Origin: an uncultured Nitrososphaerota archaeon
GTDB lineage: Archaea > Korarchaeota > Korarchaeia > Korarchaeales > Korarchaeaceae
Reading direction: 5' to 3'
DNA length: 24,564 nucleotides
Assembly (NCBI GenBank): GCA_964594835.1
Contig: CAZQNA010000007.1
Location: forward strand, 1-24,564
Both the position numbers and the translations under genes were made by a program. Every line of letters begins with the position of its first letter. The stretch's first letter is position 1. Shown piece after piece: positions 13,979-23,347 of the stretch. Under the pieces are notes generated by a model. The model was not told the origin of the DNA. It ran no database searches and saw nothing but the letters and a program-made list of their open reading frames with translations.

Positions 13979-16858
13979 GTGAGGATAATGAGGCTTCACC
14001 CCTTCACCTCCATGCGCCCCCTCCTATCGCTCGGCCTGGTCGCTCTGGCGGCTCTACCGGCCGGACTGTCCGCGGCGGCCCAGCCGGCGGTTCAGGCCGC
14101 CCAGCCCGAGCCCGTCAAGGTCGTCTGGAACGCAACCCTGGGCTACTTCCCCGCCACCCTGAGGCTTCCGTCCCCTGTGGCAACTAGCGTCGGCTTCGTC
14201 TGCGTCTACCCAGACCTCGGGTCCGTCTCCCTCATCAACCCGACCACCTTCTCGCCCTCGTGGACGTTCAGGGTGGAGTCGACCCCCTCACAGATAGTCG
14301 TCGGAGGGGGCTCGGTCTACGTCCTCACCCAGTGGGGCAGGCTCTACGGGATCAACCTGCTCGACGGGACGGTGGTCTTCGACTCGAAGGGGATCCAGAT
14401 AGACGGCGCCGACGGGTCCGTCAGGCCGGCCTACGCCTCCGGGGTGATAGCCGTCTCCACCGGGAGGGGGGTGGTCGGCCTGGACGCCGCCACCGGGAAG
14501 GAGAAGTGGAGGACCGGGACGCCCGGGGAGGTCCTTCTCCTGCTCAGCGGCGGGGGGAGGGTGATCGTAGGTCACAGCTCGGGCGTGTCCGCCATCGATC
14601 CGGTCACGGGGGCTTCGATCTGGAACGCAACCCTGGGAGCGCCCGTGAGGGCCGCGGCGATAGTGGGGTCCTCCGTCTACGCTGTCACGGACGGGGGGAC
14701 CCTGGGGGAGATAGACGCCGCCACCGGGAGGGTTACGAGGAGCCTCAAGCTCCCGACCCCGGACCCAGCCCCTGGAGAGATCCCGTCGGGCCCTGACATT
14801 CTCTACGTTGTCACGAGGAGGGGGAGGATCTACCCGGTGGGCGTGAGGAGCTTCAGGCGGCTGGACATAGTCTACCTGGAGCAGAGCCCCGTGGCACAGC
14901 CCGAGGTCTCCAACTACCTCATGATACTCTGGACCCTTCAGGGGGTACTGCTGGGCGTGCCCGCCGTCCCGTCTCCAGTGGACGTGGTCTTCTCCCACCG
15001 GGTCTGGGCCAGGTTCGCCTCGGGGGTGGGGTACGACCCCGTGTCCCAGGTCGCCATGTTCTACCTCTCGGACGGCAGCCTGGTAGCCCTCGAGGTCCCG
15101 CTGTACACGGTCCGCGTCCTGGAGTACAGCCTGGAGGAGGGCAGGCTCACGGCCGACCTTCAGCTGTGCGCGTTTCCGGGGTCCGAGGGGCAGGTCACCC
15201 TGACCGCGAAGGACGAGTTGGGCAGGCAGCTCCTCTCCGATCGACTCTCCGTCTACGGAGGGGGGTGCTTCCTCAGGTCGGTGAACTTCGACGTGGGATC
15301 CTCCAAGAGCGTCGAGTTCACCCTGACGGGGCTCGGCCTCCAGAGCCCGCCGACCGTCGTGGCCCTAGCCGCCCAGGTCCAGCCAAAGCCGCCCGAGCAG
15401 CCCGGCATGGTGATCGCCGCCCCGCCCACCCTCGTCGTGGGGGAGTCCGCTGAGCTATCGATAGCTGTGACCAACGGGTGGAGGGACGGGCTGGCGTACG
15501 TCTCGATAGACTGCGAGGACCTCGAGAAGGTGAAGTCCGAGGAGGGGTACGTGGCCGTCGGGGCGTCGAGGATGTTCACGGTGGAGGTCGTCCCTAGGAG
15601 GCCTGGGGAACTGCGCTGCCGCGCGTCCTTGGTGATCGAGTCCGAGGTCGTGCACTCGGCTGACTTCACCCTGAGGGTGGAGAGGGGCTCTATAATCGAG
15701 GGGTCACCCCAGGCGTCCCCGCAGAGCGTGAGGGAGGGCGGGAGGTTCAGGGTGAGGGTCAAGCTCGTCAACAGGTACGAGGAGGGGGCCACCTTCACGG
15801 TCGACGTTAGCGGCCCGGGAGTCGTGGGCGAGGCCGTCCAGGTGGGCCCCCTGGCCGCCGGGGAGGAGAAGGAGGTCTCCGTTTCCGCCAGGGCCTCGGG
15901 GGCTGGATCCAAGGATCTGACCGTGACCGTCTCGGTGGGGAGCGCTCTCGTGGACTCCATGACGCTGCCTGGGGCCGTGACCGTCGTCGCCCCCCAGCCG
16001 ACCACGCCCCCGCCCGCCACCTCGCCGAGTCCGGGCGCGGGGTTGATCTCCAAGATACCGGAGCCCGTCCTCGACTACCTGCCCTACCTCATCGCGGCGC
16101 TGGTCGCCGGGGGCGTCGCGACCATCCTGCGCAGGAGGGGAGGCCCCACCCCGCCGGAGAGGAGGCTGCCCCGCCCGCCCCCAAGCAGGCCCAGGCTCTC
16201 AGAGATCCGCGAGGTCCCCACGCCCCGGGTTGAAGCTGAGGAGAGGGTGAGGCCCGCCGAGGAGATCGTCCCGAGGGTCAGGCCTCCCAGGCCGGAGGAG
16301 GTCGAGAGGGTGGAGAGGCCCAGGGAGGAGGTGGCTCCAGCCGCGGCGCCCGCTCCTGCCCCACCCCCAGCTCCAGCCCCAACCCCAACCCCGGCCCCGC
16401 CGGTGAGCGCCGAGGAGCTGTCGTCCACCATATCAGAGCTCAGGGAGTCTCTAAAGAGGGTGGTGTCCCAGGCCAGGGAGCTCGAGGGTGAGGGGCTGGT
16501 GGGCGTGGACGAGAGGGCCTCCGTGGTCGACAGAAGGCTGGCCAGGGCCGAGGTGCTGATCGACATCGGGGACCTGGAAGAGGCCCAGAAGGTCGTCAGG
16601 GAGGTCGAGGAGACCGTCAGGACCCTCGAGAACACGGTCAAGCAGTTCAGGGAGATACTGCTCGGCAAGGTTTGGTCGAACGTGGAGAAGAGGATAGCGA
16701 CGATGCTCAGGGTCTGGGGCAGGGCCCCGGCGTCGATGCTGACGATGATCCCGTCGGAGCTCAGGGTGGCGGCGCTGGCCAGGTTCGTGAAGCTGCACCC
16801 GGAGATGAAGCTGGAGCTGAGGGGAGACGAGCTCTACTCCCTGGAGGAGGGGGCCTGA
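13979..16858 (+). CDS. Secreted, membrane-anchored protein: PQQ/BamB-like beta-propeller, Ig/CARDB-like domains, TM helix, Pro-rich linker and cytoplasmic helical domain
   Basis: Signal-peptide-like N-terminus; repeated (L/I)DAATG..W blade motifs; beta-rich middle; PTTPPP linker; YLPYLIAALVAGGVATILRRR TM + stop-transfer; coiled-coil C-terminus. Exact start uncertain (13979/13988/14012). Confidence 0.8.
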   Translation: MRIMRLHPFTSMRPLLSLGLVALAALPAGLSAAAQPAVQAAQPEPVKVVWNATLGYFPATLRLPSPVATSVGFVCVYPDLGSVSLINPTTFSPSWTFRVESTPSQIVVGGGSVYVLTQWGRLYGINLLDGTVVFDSKGIQIDGADGSVRPAYASGVIAVSTGRGVVGLDAATGKEKWRTGTPGEVLLLLSGGGRVIVGHSSGVSAIDPVTGASIWNATLGAPVRAAAIVGSSVYAVTDGGTLGEIDAATGRVTRSLKLPTPDPAPGEIPSGPDILYVVTRRGRIYPVGVRSFRRLDIVYLEQSPVAQPEVSNYLMILWTLQGVLLGVPAVPSPVDVVFSHRVWARFASGVGYDPVSQVAMFYLSDGSLVALEVPLYTVRVLEYSLEEGRLTADLQLCAFPGSEGQVTLTAKDELGRQLLSDRLSVYGGGCFLRSVNFDVGSSKSVEFTLTGLGLQSPPTVVALAAQVQPKPPEQPGMVIAAPPTLVVGESAELSIAVTNGWRDGLAYVSIDCEDLEKVKSEEGYVAVGASRMFTVEVVPRRPGELRCRASLVIESEVVHSADFTLRVERGSIIEGSPQASPQSVREGGRFRVRVKLVNRYEEGATFTVDVSGPGVVGEAVQVGPLAAGEEKEVSVSARASGAGSKDLTVTVSVGSALVDSMTLPGAVTVVAPQPTTPPPATSPSPGAGLISKIPEPVLDYLPYLIAALVAGGVATILRRRGGPTPPERRLPRPPPSRPRLSEIREVPTPRVEAEERVRPAEEIVPRVRPPRPEEVERVERPREEVAPAAAPAPAPPPAPAPTPTPAPPVSAEELSSTISELRESLKRVVSQARELEGEGLVGVDERASVVDRRLARAEVLIDIGDLEEAQKVVREVEETVRTLENTVKQFREILLGKVWSNVEKRIATMLRVWGRAPASMLTMIPSELRVAALARFVKLHPEMKLELRGDELYSLEEGA

Positions 16859-19800
16859 CCGGGCCCCCCGGACTCCCGGGCCCTGGCGACCCTCGCCGCT
16901 ATCTCCCGGTAGACCTCAGACAGGACCTTCTGGTAGTCCGCCAGCCCAGCCTCGACGGCCTCCATCCTCCTCTCCAGGTCCGCGGTCCTCTCCTCGCTGA
17001 CCAGGTCCCCGTACCTCTCGGCCAGGTACTCGTAGACCTCAATGCCCCTCTTTGTAGGTATGAGCTTCCCGCCCCTCTCCAGGACGTACCTCCTGGTGAG
17101 GAGCCTGTCAACTATGACGGCGTACGTGGACGGCCTCCCAATGCCCCTCTCCCTCATCAGCCTTATCAGGTCCCCCTGCGTGTAGAGTGGGGCTCCTGGA
17201 ACCTTCAGATGCCTGATCTCGGCGTCCACGTATCCCTCCCTCAGAGGCGGCTCCACCCTCAGGGCGAGGGGATAGTGCGCGGCCCACCCAGGCTGCAGGA
17301 GCTCCACGATGCGCTCCACCTCCGCGGACGACCCCCCCACCTCAACCCTGTAGAGGGCCCTCCTGACGCGGGCTGGCCTCGACTGGGAGGCCATGAACCT
17401 CCCAAAGATCAGCCTGTAGAGTCGAAGGTGGTCCCTGGTCATCCCCTCGGAGGGGAGGATCCCCTCCCTCAGGTACTGTATCAGCTCGTCGACGGGGAGG
17501 GGCTTGGTCGGCCTGATGCACTCGTGCGCCCCTCCCTCGCCCCACCTCCTTGGGCTGAACTCGCCCCCTAGGTACTCCCTCGCAACCCTCAGGCCCGCGT
17601 CCGAGACCCTGGTGCTGTCGGTCCTGTGGTACGTGATCAGCCCGGCCTCGAAGAGGCCCTGGGCCAGCGCCATGGTCTCCCTCGCTCCGAGCCTGAGCAC
17701 CCTGCTGGCCTCCCTCAGCATCTCGTCGGTCGTGAAGGGCGGCGGGGGAGGCACCTCGGTCTCCTCCTCCCCCACAAGGGTCACCCTCACCCTGGTCGGC
17801 CCGGGCTCCCCCACCCTTCCCTCCATCCTCAGGCGGAGCAGGTCTCCCGCGACTACCAGCGTGACCTCTCTCTTCCTCCTGTGCTCCCGGTACCTCTCGA
17901 TTATCCAGCCGAGGGCGGGCGTCTGGGCCCTGCCCGCGGAGAGGTTCCTGTCTCCGAAGACTCTCTGGAGTTCTTGGCTGAGCTCGAACCCTATCCACCT
18001 GTCCTCCACCCTCCTGACTATCTGAGCCTTGACCCGGGGCTCGCTCACGGAGTGGAGTTCCCTCAGGGCCTCCGAGATCGCCCTTTTTGTCACCTCGTGG
18101 AACTCGGCCCTGACGACGGTCTCGGCGTGGGTTGAGAGGAGCTGCTTCAGGTCCCACGCGATCTTCTCGCCCTCCGTGTCCGGGTCGGTGGCGATGATCA
18201 CCCTCCCGGCCTCGAACGCGAGACGCCTCAGCGCCTCGATCGTAGAGGCGGAGTCGATCACGTCCTCCGAGCCGCAGACCGGGCACCTGTCGAGGTCGGT
18301 GAACTGGTACCCGCAGGACTTGCACCTCTTCCTGGTGGTGAAGACGGGGACGAAGAGGCCGTCCTCCACCAGCACGCCGTGGTACCCGCCCCGGGTGGTG
18401 AGGTCAACCACGTGGCCTCCGCTGGCCGCCACCGTGAGCAGGAGGTCCCCAGCGCATACCTCGTACACCGGTATGCCGCCCACCACCCGCCTGGTGGGAG
18501 TTCCGAAGAACCTGGCGATCGTCCTGGCCTTGTTGGGGCTTTCAACCACGAACAGAGACGTCCTGAGGAGCTCAGCCCCCCTTCTGGCCTCCCTCCAGGC
18601 CTCCCTGACCCTCACCCTGTCCCCGTCGATGTCCGCCCTCAGGGCCTCCAGGTTCACCTCCTCCACGGACTTGAACTCTAGCTCGTACGCGCTGGCCCTC
18701 CTGACGAACGCGTCGAGGATGGGGCCGTCGTCCACGAGGAACGCCGCGCCCCTGGTGAGCCCTCCGGGGTATAGCCTCGAGGTCCTGCCCGAGCCTTGGA
18801 TGTAGGTCCTCACGTCCGGGATGGAGATCCTCTCCGCCCCGTCGACCTCCTCCACCACGATCGTGGACATCTTGGAGACCCTCTCGAGGAGTTCCGGATC
18901 TCTGAACACCATCTCGACCAGAGAGCGCGCCTCCCGAACCGCCCCCTCGGCCGCCCTGCCGAGCCTGAGCCTCCTTGAGAGCGCCACCGCCCTGGCTCCC
19001 AGAACGGGCGAGAGGATCCCGATGAATGTGGCCAGAGCCCTCTCGCTCAGCTCGGCCACGTCCGAGAGGGTTGCCGTGAACCTGGGGGTCCCCACGAACA
19101 CCGCGTACCTTATCCTCTCCGGCAGGTCTATTCCCCTGACCAGCACGCCGTATGGCCTCGCCGCTCCTATGAGGGCGTCCAGCTCCCCCTCGGCGAACGC
19201 CCTGATCGCCTTCTCCTCCGAGCCGGACACAACCTCCGCCCTGAGGCCGGCCGACTCGGCCACCTCCCTCACCCGGTCGGCGAGGCCCATGTCGGCCAGC
19301 AGGATTATGGCGCCCCCGCCCATCCTCTCCAGTATCTCCCGGACCCTCTCCAGGCCCCCGCGGGCGACCACATCCTCCACGTTCCTGAGGGTCGCGCCCC
19401 TGAGGGCGCCCACGTCGAACCCCAGGAGCCTCCTGAAGAGGAGGGCCCTGGGCCCCGGACGGCCGGTGGCGGTGGAGAGGACCAGCACTCCACCGGGCCT
19501 CCTCTCCGGCCTGTAGGTCGGGTCCCTGAGCGCCCTGGCGATCTCCTCCCGCGTGAACCCGACGAGCATGAGCACGCGGTCGATGTTCCTCGAGTTCTTC
19601 AGGAGCGAGTCCACGTCGTCCACGAAGATGAACGCGTACTCCTTGCCCAGCAGCAGATCCAGGTTCCTCGAGAGGAACTGGGAGGTGGTGACCAGGACGT
19701 CAAACCCTCCCGACTCTATGGACCGCAGGGCCGCCTCCCTCTCCGCCCTCCTCATGCCGCCCCAGTACGCGACGATCTCGAGCTCAGAGTCCAGGAGGCC

Positions 19801-20184
19801 CTCCTCCCGGGCCCTGGCCGCGTAGGCCTCCAGGTCCCCCATGACCTGCCGAACGAGCAGGACCGTGGGGAGGACGATGTAGGACCGCCCCCACCCCTGC
19901 GCCCCGTGGAACAGGGCGGTCACCACGCCGAAGGCGGTCTTGCCCACTCCGGTGGGGGCGAGCATGGCGAAGCTCTCCCTGAGGAGCACCCTCTTTGCCC
20001 AGGCCCTCTGGACGGACCACGGCCTCGAGCCGACGCACGCCCTGAAGAACTCTTCATACCTCTGGAGGAGCCTCTTGACCTCCCAGATCTTGGATCTGGG
20101 GAGGCACCGCGCGCAGGCGTCCCCGTGAGTCACGAGGTCTTCCCCACAGTCCGGGCAGAGTCCCCTGAACACCGCCGGGATCAT
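16834..20184 (-). CDS. rgy: Reverse gyrase
   Basis: N-terminal CPDC..C zinc finger, APTGVGKT, DDVD, YIQGSGRTSRL helicase-like domain fused to a topoisomerase IA (VESPNKA, ATDPDTEGEKI, ITYHRTDS, GIGRPSTY). Confidence 0.98.
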   Translation of the reverse strand: MIPAVFRGLCPDCGEDLVTHGDACARCLPRSKIWEVKRLLQRYEEFFRACVGSRPWSVQRAWAKRVLLRESFAMLAPTGVGKTAFGVVTALFHGAQGWGRSYIVLPTVLLVRQVMGDLEAYAARAREEGLLDSELEIVAYWGGMRRAEREAALRSIESGGFDVLVTTSQFLSRNLDLLLGKEYAFIFVDDVDSLLKNSRNIDRVLMLVGFTREEIARALRDPTYRPERRPGGVLVLSTATGRPGPRALLFRRLLGFDVGALRGATLRNVEDVVARGGLERVREILERMGGGAIILLADMGLADRVREVAESAGLRAEVVSGSEEKAIRAFAEGELDALIGAARPYGVLVRGIDLPERIRYAVFVGTPRFTATLSDVAELSERALATFIGILSPVLGARAVALSRRLRLGRAAEGAVREARSLVEMVFRDPELLERVSKMSTIVVEEVDGAERISIPDVRTYIQGSGRTSRLYPGGLTRGAAFLVDDGPILDAFVRRASAYELEFKSVEEVNLEALRADIDGDRVRVREAWREARRGAELLRTSLFVVESPNKARTIARFFGTPTRRVVGGIPVYEVCAGDLLLTVAASGGHVVDLTTRGGYHGVLVEDGLFVPVFTTRKRCKSCGYQFTDLDRCPVCGSEDVIDSASTIEALRRLAFEAGRVIIATDPDTEGEKIAWDLKQLLSTHAETVVRAEFHEVTKRAISEALRELHSVSEPRVKAQIVRRVEDRWIGFELSQELQRVFGDRNLSAGRAQTPALGWIIERYREHRRKREVTLVVAGDLLRLRMEGRVGEPGPTRVRVTLVGEEETEVPPPPPFTTDEMLREASRVLRLGARETMALAQGLFEAGLITYHRTDSTRVSDAGLRVAREYLGGEFSPRRWGEGGAHECIRPTKPLPVDELIQYLREGILPSEGMTRDHLRLYRLIFGRFMASQSRPARVRRALYRVEVGGSSAEVERIVELLQPGWAAHYPLALRVEPPLREGYVDAEIRHLKVPGAPLYTQGDLIRLMRERGIGRPSTYAVIVDRLLTRRYVLERGGKLIPTKRGIEVYEYLAERYGDLVSEERTADLERRMEAVEAGLADYQKVLSEVYREIAARVARARESGGPGQAPSSRE

Positions 20185-20284
20185 CCCGACCCCCCACCGA
20201 CCCCCCGCATCAAAAATCGGCCCGCCCGGGCTGAACGCGGGCGCAAGTCTTTAAGGGAGCGCCCCCTCGCCGCCCGAGCCAAAG

Positions 20285-20650
20285 TTGATCAGGCTGGCGA
20301 TACTGATCTCGTACGGCGACGCGGGCGTTGAGGTCTGCAGGAGCTGCGGGGAGTGCTCGGGCCTCCTCTACGTCGAGATAGGGGACTCGGGCCTGGTGGT
20401 GGAGGCGGAGTTCTTCAACCTCTCCGGGGGGTGCTCCGACGAGCTCCTCACAATCGCGGAGGAGCTCGAGGTGGACCTCGTCGTGGGCTCCATGTCCCCC
20501 ACCCTCGCGGAGGCCCTGATAGAGCGGGACATCGCCGTAATGACGCCGACGATCTCCGACCCGATGGAGCTCGTGAAGGCCTACATATCCGGGGAGCTCT
20601 CCAGCCCGCTGTCGGAGGTCGGCCTCTGGCTCAGCAGGCCGAACAACTGA
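20285..20650 (+). CDS. NifB/NifX-like (dinitrogenase FeMo-cofactor family fold) small protein
   Basis: IRLAI...VDLVVGSMSPTLAEALIERDIAV...ELVKAYISGEL pattern; TTTAAG TATA-like box at 20250-20255. Confidence 0.6.
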   Translation: MIRLAILISYGDAGVEVCRSCGECSGLLYVEIGDSGLVVEAEFFNLSGGCSDELLTIAEELEVDLVVGSMSPTLAEALIERDIAVMTPTISDPMELVKAYISGELSSPLSEVGLWLSRPNN

Positions 20651-20665
20651 TCCCCGGCCGAAGGG

Positions 20666-20890
20666 GTGATCGACCTGGTCAGGCTGGTGGTGAGGCTTCA
20701 GGAGAAGACCTGGGTGAGGGACGGGAGGAGGTACAGGACCTACCACGTCACGCTCCCGAAGCCCTTCGTCGACCGCCTCGGCCTCTCAAAGGGGGACAGG
20801 CTGGAGGTCCGGCTTGAGGAGGGGAGGAGGATAGTCTACATCCCGAGACGGAGGAGGGAGGTCAGGGGCAGGCAGACCACCCTCTTCTGA
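20666..20890 (+). CDS. AbrB/MazE/SpoVT-family DNA-binding protein
   Basis: YHVTLPKPFVDRLGLSKGDRLEVRLEEGRRIVYIP. Confidence 0.85.
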   Translation: MIDLVRLVVRLQEKTWVRDGRRYRTYHVTLPKPFVDRLGLSKGDRLEVRLEEGRRIVYIPRRRREVRGRQTTLF

Positions 20891-20919
20891 CTCCCACCCC
20901 ACCCGGCGACCCCCAGCGG

Positions 20920-22128
20920 TCACTCCACCAAGACGGCGTATCCCTTCAGGTACCCGGTCCAGGGATGCAGCGGGTCCACGGGGTGGTCCGGGGACTGGCC
21001 CAAGACCCCGAAGAGGAACCTCATCCTCCTCCCGGCCCTGGAGGCCGCCGCCAGGAGGACCCTCCTCAGCCTCTCCGCGTCGACGAACTGGCTGCAGCTC
21101 GTGGAGATCATGAGGCCCCCGGGCTCGAGGACCTCCATGGCGGCCGAGTTCACGGCCGCGTAGGTCCTCAGCCCCATGGAGAGCCTGTCCCTGCTCGGGA
21201 CGAGGGCGGGTGGGTCCACGACCACGGCGTCGTACCTGTCTCCCCTCTCCCTGGCGGCCTCCAGGAACTCCCTAACCCTACTCCTGACCGCGCTAACCGC
21301 GCCGGACAGGCCGTTCAGCTCGGCGTTCCTGAGGGCCGCCCCGACGGCGTAGTCCGACTCGTCCACCAGCACGGCCTCGGACGCCCCGCCGGCCAGGGCG
21401 TGTAGTCCAAAGCCCCCCGTGTATGAGAAGAGGTCCAGGACCCTGCCCCCCCTGGGGGCGTACCTCTGCATCAGGAGGCGGTTCTCCCTCTGGTCTATGA
21501 AGAACCCCGTCTTCTGCCCCCTGAGGACGTCGACCTCGAACCTCACTCCCCCCTCATCTATCATGGCCGTGGGCCCGGCCTCTCCGATCAGCCTCCCCCT
21601 CCAAGTGGGGAGGCCCACCTCCCTCCTCGTCCTGGTGTCGTTCCTGGCGTAGACGGCGTCCAGACCCAGGAGGTCCGACAGGACCTCGGCCACCAGCCCC
21701 AGCCTCCTGTCGAACCCCACCGAGGTGGAGGAGACCACCCCCAGGCCGGAGTAGACGTCGACTATGAGGCCTGGTAGGTCGTCCGCCTCACTGTGAACCA
21801 GCCTGAAGAAGTTGCCCAGCCTCAGCCTCTCCCTGATCCTCAGGGCCCGCTCCAGCGTGGACCTCAGCCAGCCCTCGTCGGGCCTCTCCTCCCTGTCCAG
21901 CGAGAGCACCCTCAGGGCCATGGCCCCGACGCCCTCGTAGAACCCCCAGGCCAGGAATTCCCCGGAGTCGTCGACCACCTCCACCAGGTCTCCCGGCTCG
22001 ACCGGTCCCTCCCTCCTCCTCAGCCACTTCAGGTAGACGTTCCTCTCTCCCCGGAGGAGGCGGTTCACCCCCTCCCCGAATATCACGACCCTGCCCGAGG
22101 GGGTGAACTCGCCCGACAACGGGGTCAC
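20920..22128 (-). CDS. rlmI: RlmI-like class I SAM-dependent rRNA methyltransferase (PUA domain); likely start GTG 22128
   Basis: SEADDLPGLIVDVY, GQKTGFFIDQRENR, VLDLFSYTGGFG, VVVDPPAL, STSCS, YLK motifs; GTGA overlap with the upstream peptidase. Confidence 0.88.
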   Translation of the reverse strand: MTPLSGEFTPSGRVVIFGEGVNRLLRGERNVYLKWLRRREGPVEPGDLVEVVDDSGEFLAWGFYEGVGAMALRVLSLDREERPDEGWLRSTLERALRIRERLRLGNFFRLVHSEADDLPGLIVDVYSGLGVVSSTSVGFDRRLGLVAEVLSDLLGLDAVYARNDTRTRREVGLPTWRGRLIGEAGPTAMIDEGGVRFEVDVLRGQKTGFFIDQRENRLLMQRYAPRGGRVLDLFSYTGGFGLHALAGGASEAVLVDESDYAVGAALRNAELNGLSGAVSAVRSRVREFLEAARERGDRYDAVVVDPPALVPSRDRLSMGLRTYAAVNSAAMEVLEPGGLMISTSCSQFVDAERLRRVLLAAASRAGRRMRFLFGVLGQSPDHPVDPLHPWTGYLKGYAVLVE

Positions 22129-23309
22129 CCGAGCCTGAACTCCCTGGTCAGCCTGTCGGTGAGGACCTCGGCCCCCTCCCCCCTGACGACGACCGTGTCC
22201 TCGAACCTCACGCCGCCCCATCCCCTGACGTATATTCCGGGCTCGACCGTGACGACCATACCGGCCTTGAGGGTCCCCTCCGCCCCGACTATGAGCCTCG
22301 GGTACTCGTGGATGTCCAGGCCCACCCCGTGTCCGAGTCCGTGTACGAAGTACTCCAGGAGACCGTCGTGGCCCTCTAGGACCCTTCTGGCCTCGATGTC
22401 CGGCTCCATGATCGGCACCCCGTCCCTGACCGCGGCCTTCCCTGCCTCCTGGGCCCTGAGGACCGCCTCCAGCCTCTCCCTCACCTGCCCGCTGGGGTCT
22501 CCCCCGAACACGAACGTCCTGGTCATGTCGCTGCAGTAGCCCCTGTACCTGGCCCCGAAGTCGAAGAGGACCATCTGCCCCCTCTCGAGCCTCTTCTCCG
22601 TGGGGACGTGGTGGGCATTGTACGTGTGCTCGCCGAAGGCTACGATGGAGGGGAAGCTGGGTCCCTCAGCGCCCAGCTCCCTCATCTCGAACTCCAGCCT
22701 GTTGGCCACCTGGGCCTCGGTCTGCCCCTCCCTCAGCTCGGCGGCCGTCCTCTCGAACGCCTCGATGGCTATCTCCGAGCTCCTCCTGATGAGGTCGACC
22801 TCCGCCTCCGACTTGACGGCCCTGAGTTCCCCGATCGCCCTCTCGACGTCGACGAGCGTGGGCCTCCGCCCTCCCCTCCTGAGCCCCTTCCTTATCTTGG
22901 AGAGGTGATCCTCCCCCTTGCCCCTCTCGACGCCAACCCTCCTGATCCTGAGCCCGAACTCCCTGAGCCTCTTGGCGGCCTCCGCAACCAGGTTGGGCTT
23001 GACGACCTCCCTGGGCGAGGTGCCGTACCTTGGCCTGACCACCAGGACGTCCAGGAAGGACTCGCTCCGGGCGAGCTCGTCCCCGAAGGCGTACTGCGTC
23101 ACGAGGAAGGGGTCCCCATCTATCGGAACCACTAGCAGGCCCGCGTTCTCAGTCCCAGAGAGGTAGCGCATGTTGCTCCCGGAGCCCAGCATGACCGCGT
23201 CGACCCTCCTCCCCTCCATCCACCGCCTCAGCCTGACGATCCTATCCTCGTACTCTCCCCTCTCCACGTCCAAGGCTTCGCACCACTCGGGCCCGGGAAC
23301 CCGGATCAT
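22125..23309 (-). CDS. pepQ: Xaa-Pro peptidase (M24B, prolidase/aminopeptidase P)
   Basis: LRAVKSEAE, DFGARYRGYCSDMTRT, HGLGHGVGLDIHE, TVEPGIY, GVRFED metal-binding motifs. Confidence 0.93.
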   Translation of the reverse strand: MIRVPGPEWCEALDVERGEYEDRIVRLRRWMEGRRVDAVMLGSGSNMRYLSGTENAGLLVVPIDGDPFLVTQYAFGDELARSESFLDVLVVRPRYGTSPREVVKPNLVAEAAKRLREFGLRIRRVGVERGKGEDHLSKIRKGLRRGGRRPTLVDVERAIGELRAVKSEAEVDLIRRSSEIAIEAFERTAAELREGQTEAQVANRLEFEMRELGAEGPSFPSIVAFGEHTYNAHHVPTEKRLERGQMVLFDFGARYRGYCSDMTRTFVFGGDPSGQVRERLEAVLRAQEAGKAAVRDGVPIMEPDIEARRVLEGHDGLLEYFVHGLGHGVGLDIHEYPRLIVGAEGTLKAGMVVTVEPGIYVRGWGGVRFEDTVVVRGEGAEVLTDRLTREFRLG

Positions 23310-23347
23310 TTAATCCGCTCGCCCCCTCCGAGTGGGGGAGGTCCGTT

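Noticed and set aside
16340-16402. Low-complexity CCnGCn repeats
   Set aside because: Explained by the Ala-Pro linker of the membrane protein; codons vary.
22129-22221. N-terminal extension of the methyltransferase ORF
   Set aside because: Overlaps the pepQ 3' end out of frame; GTG 22128 gives a standard GTGA coupling.
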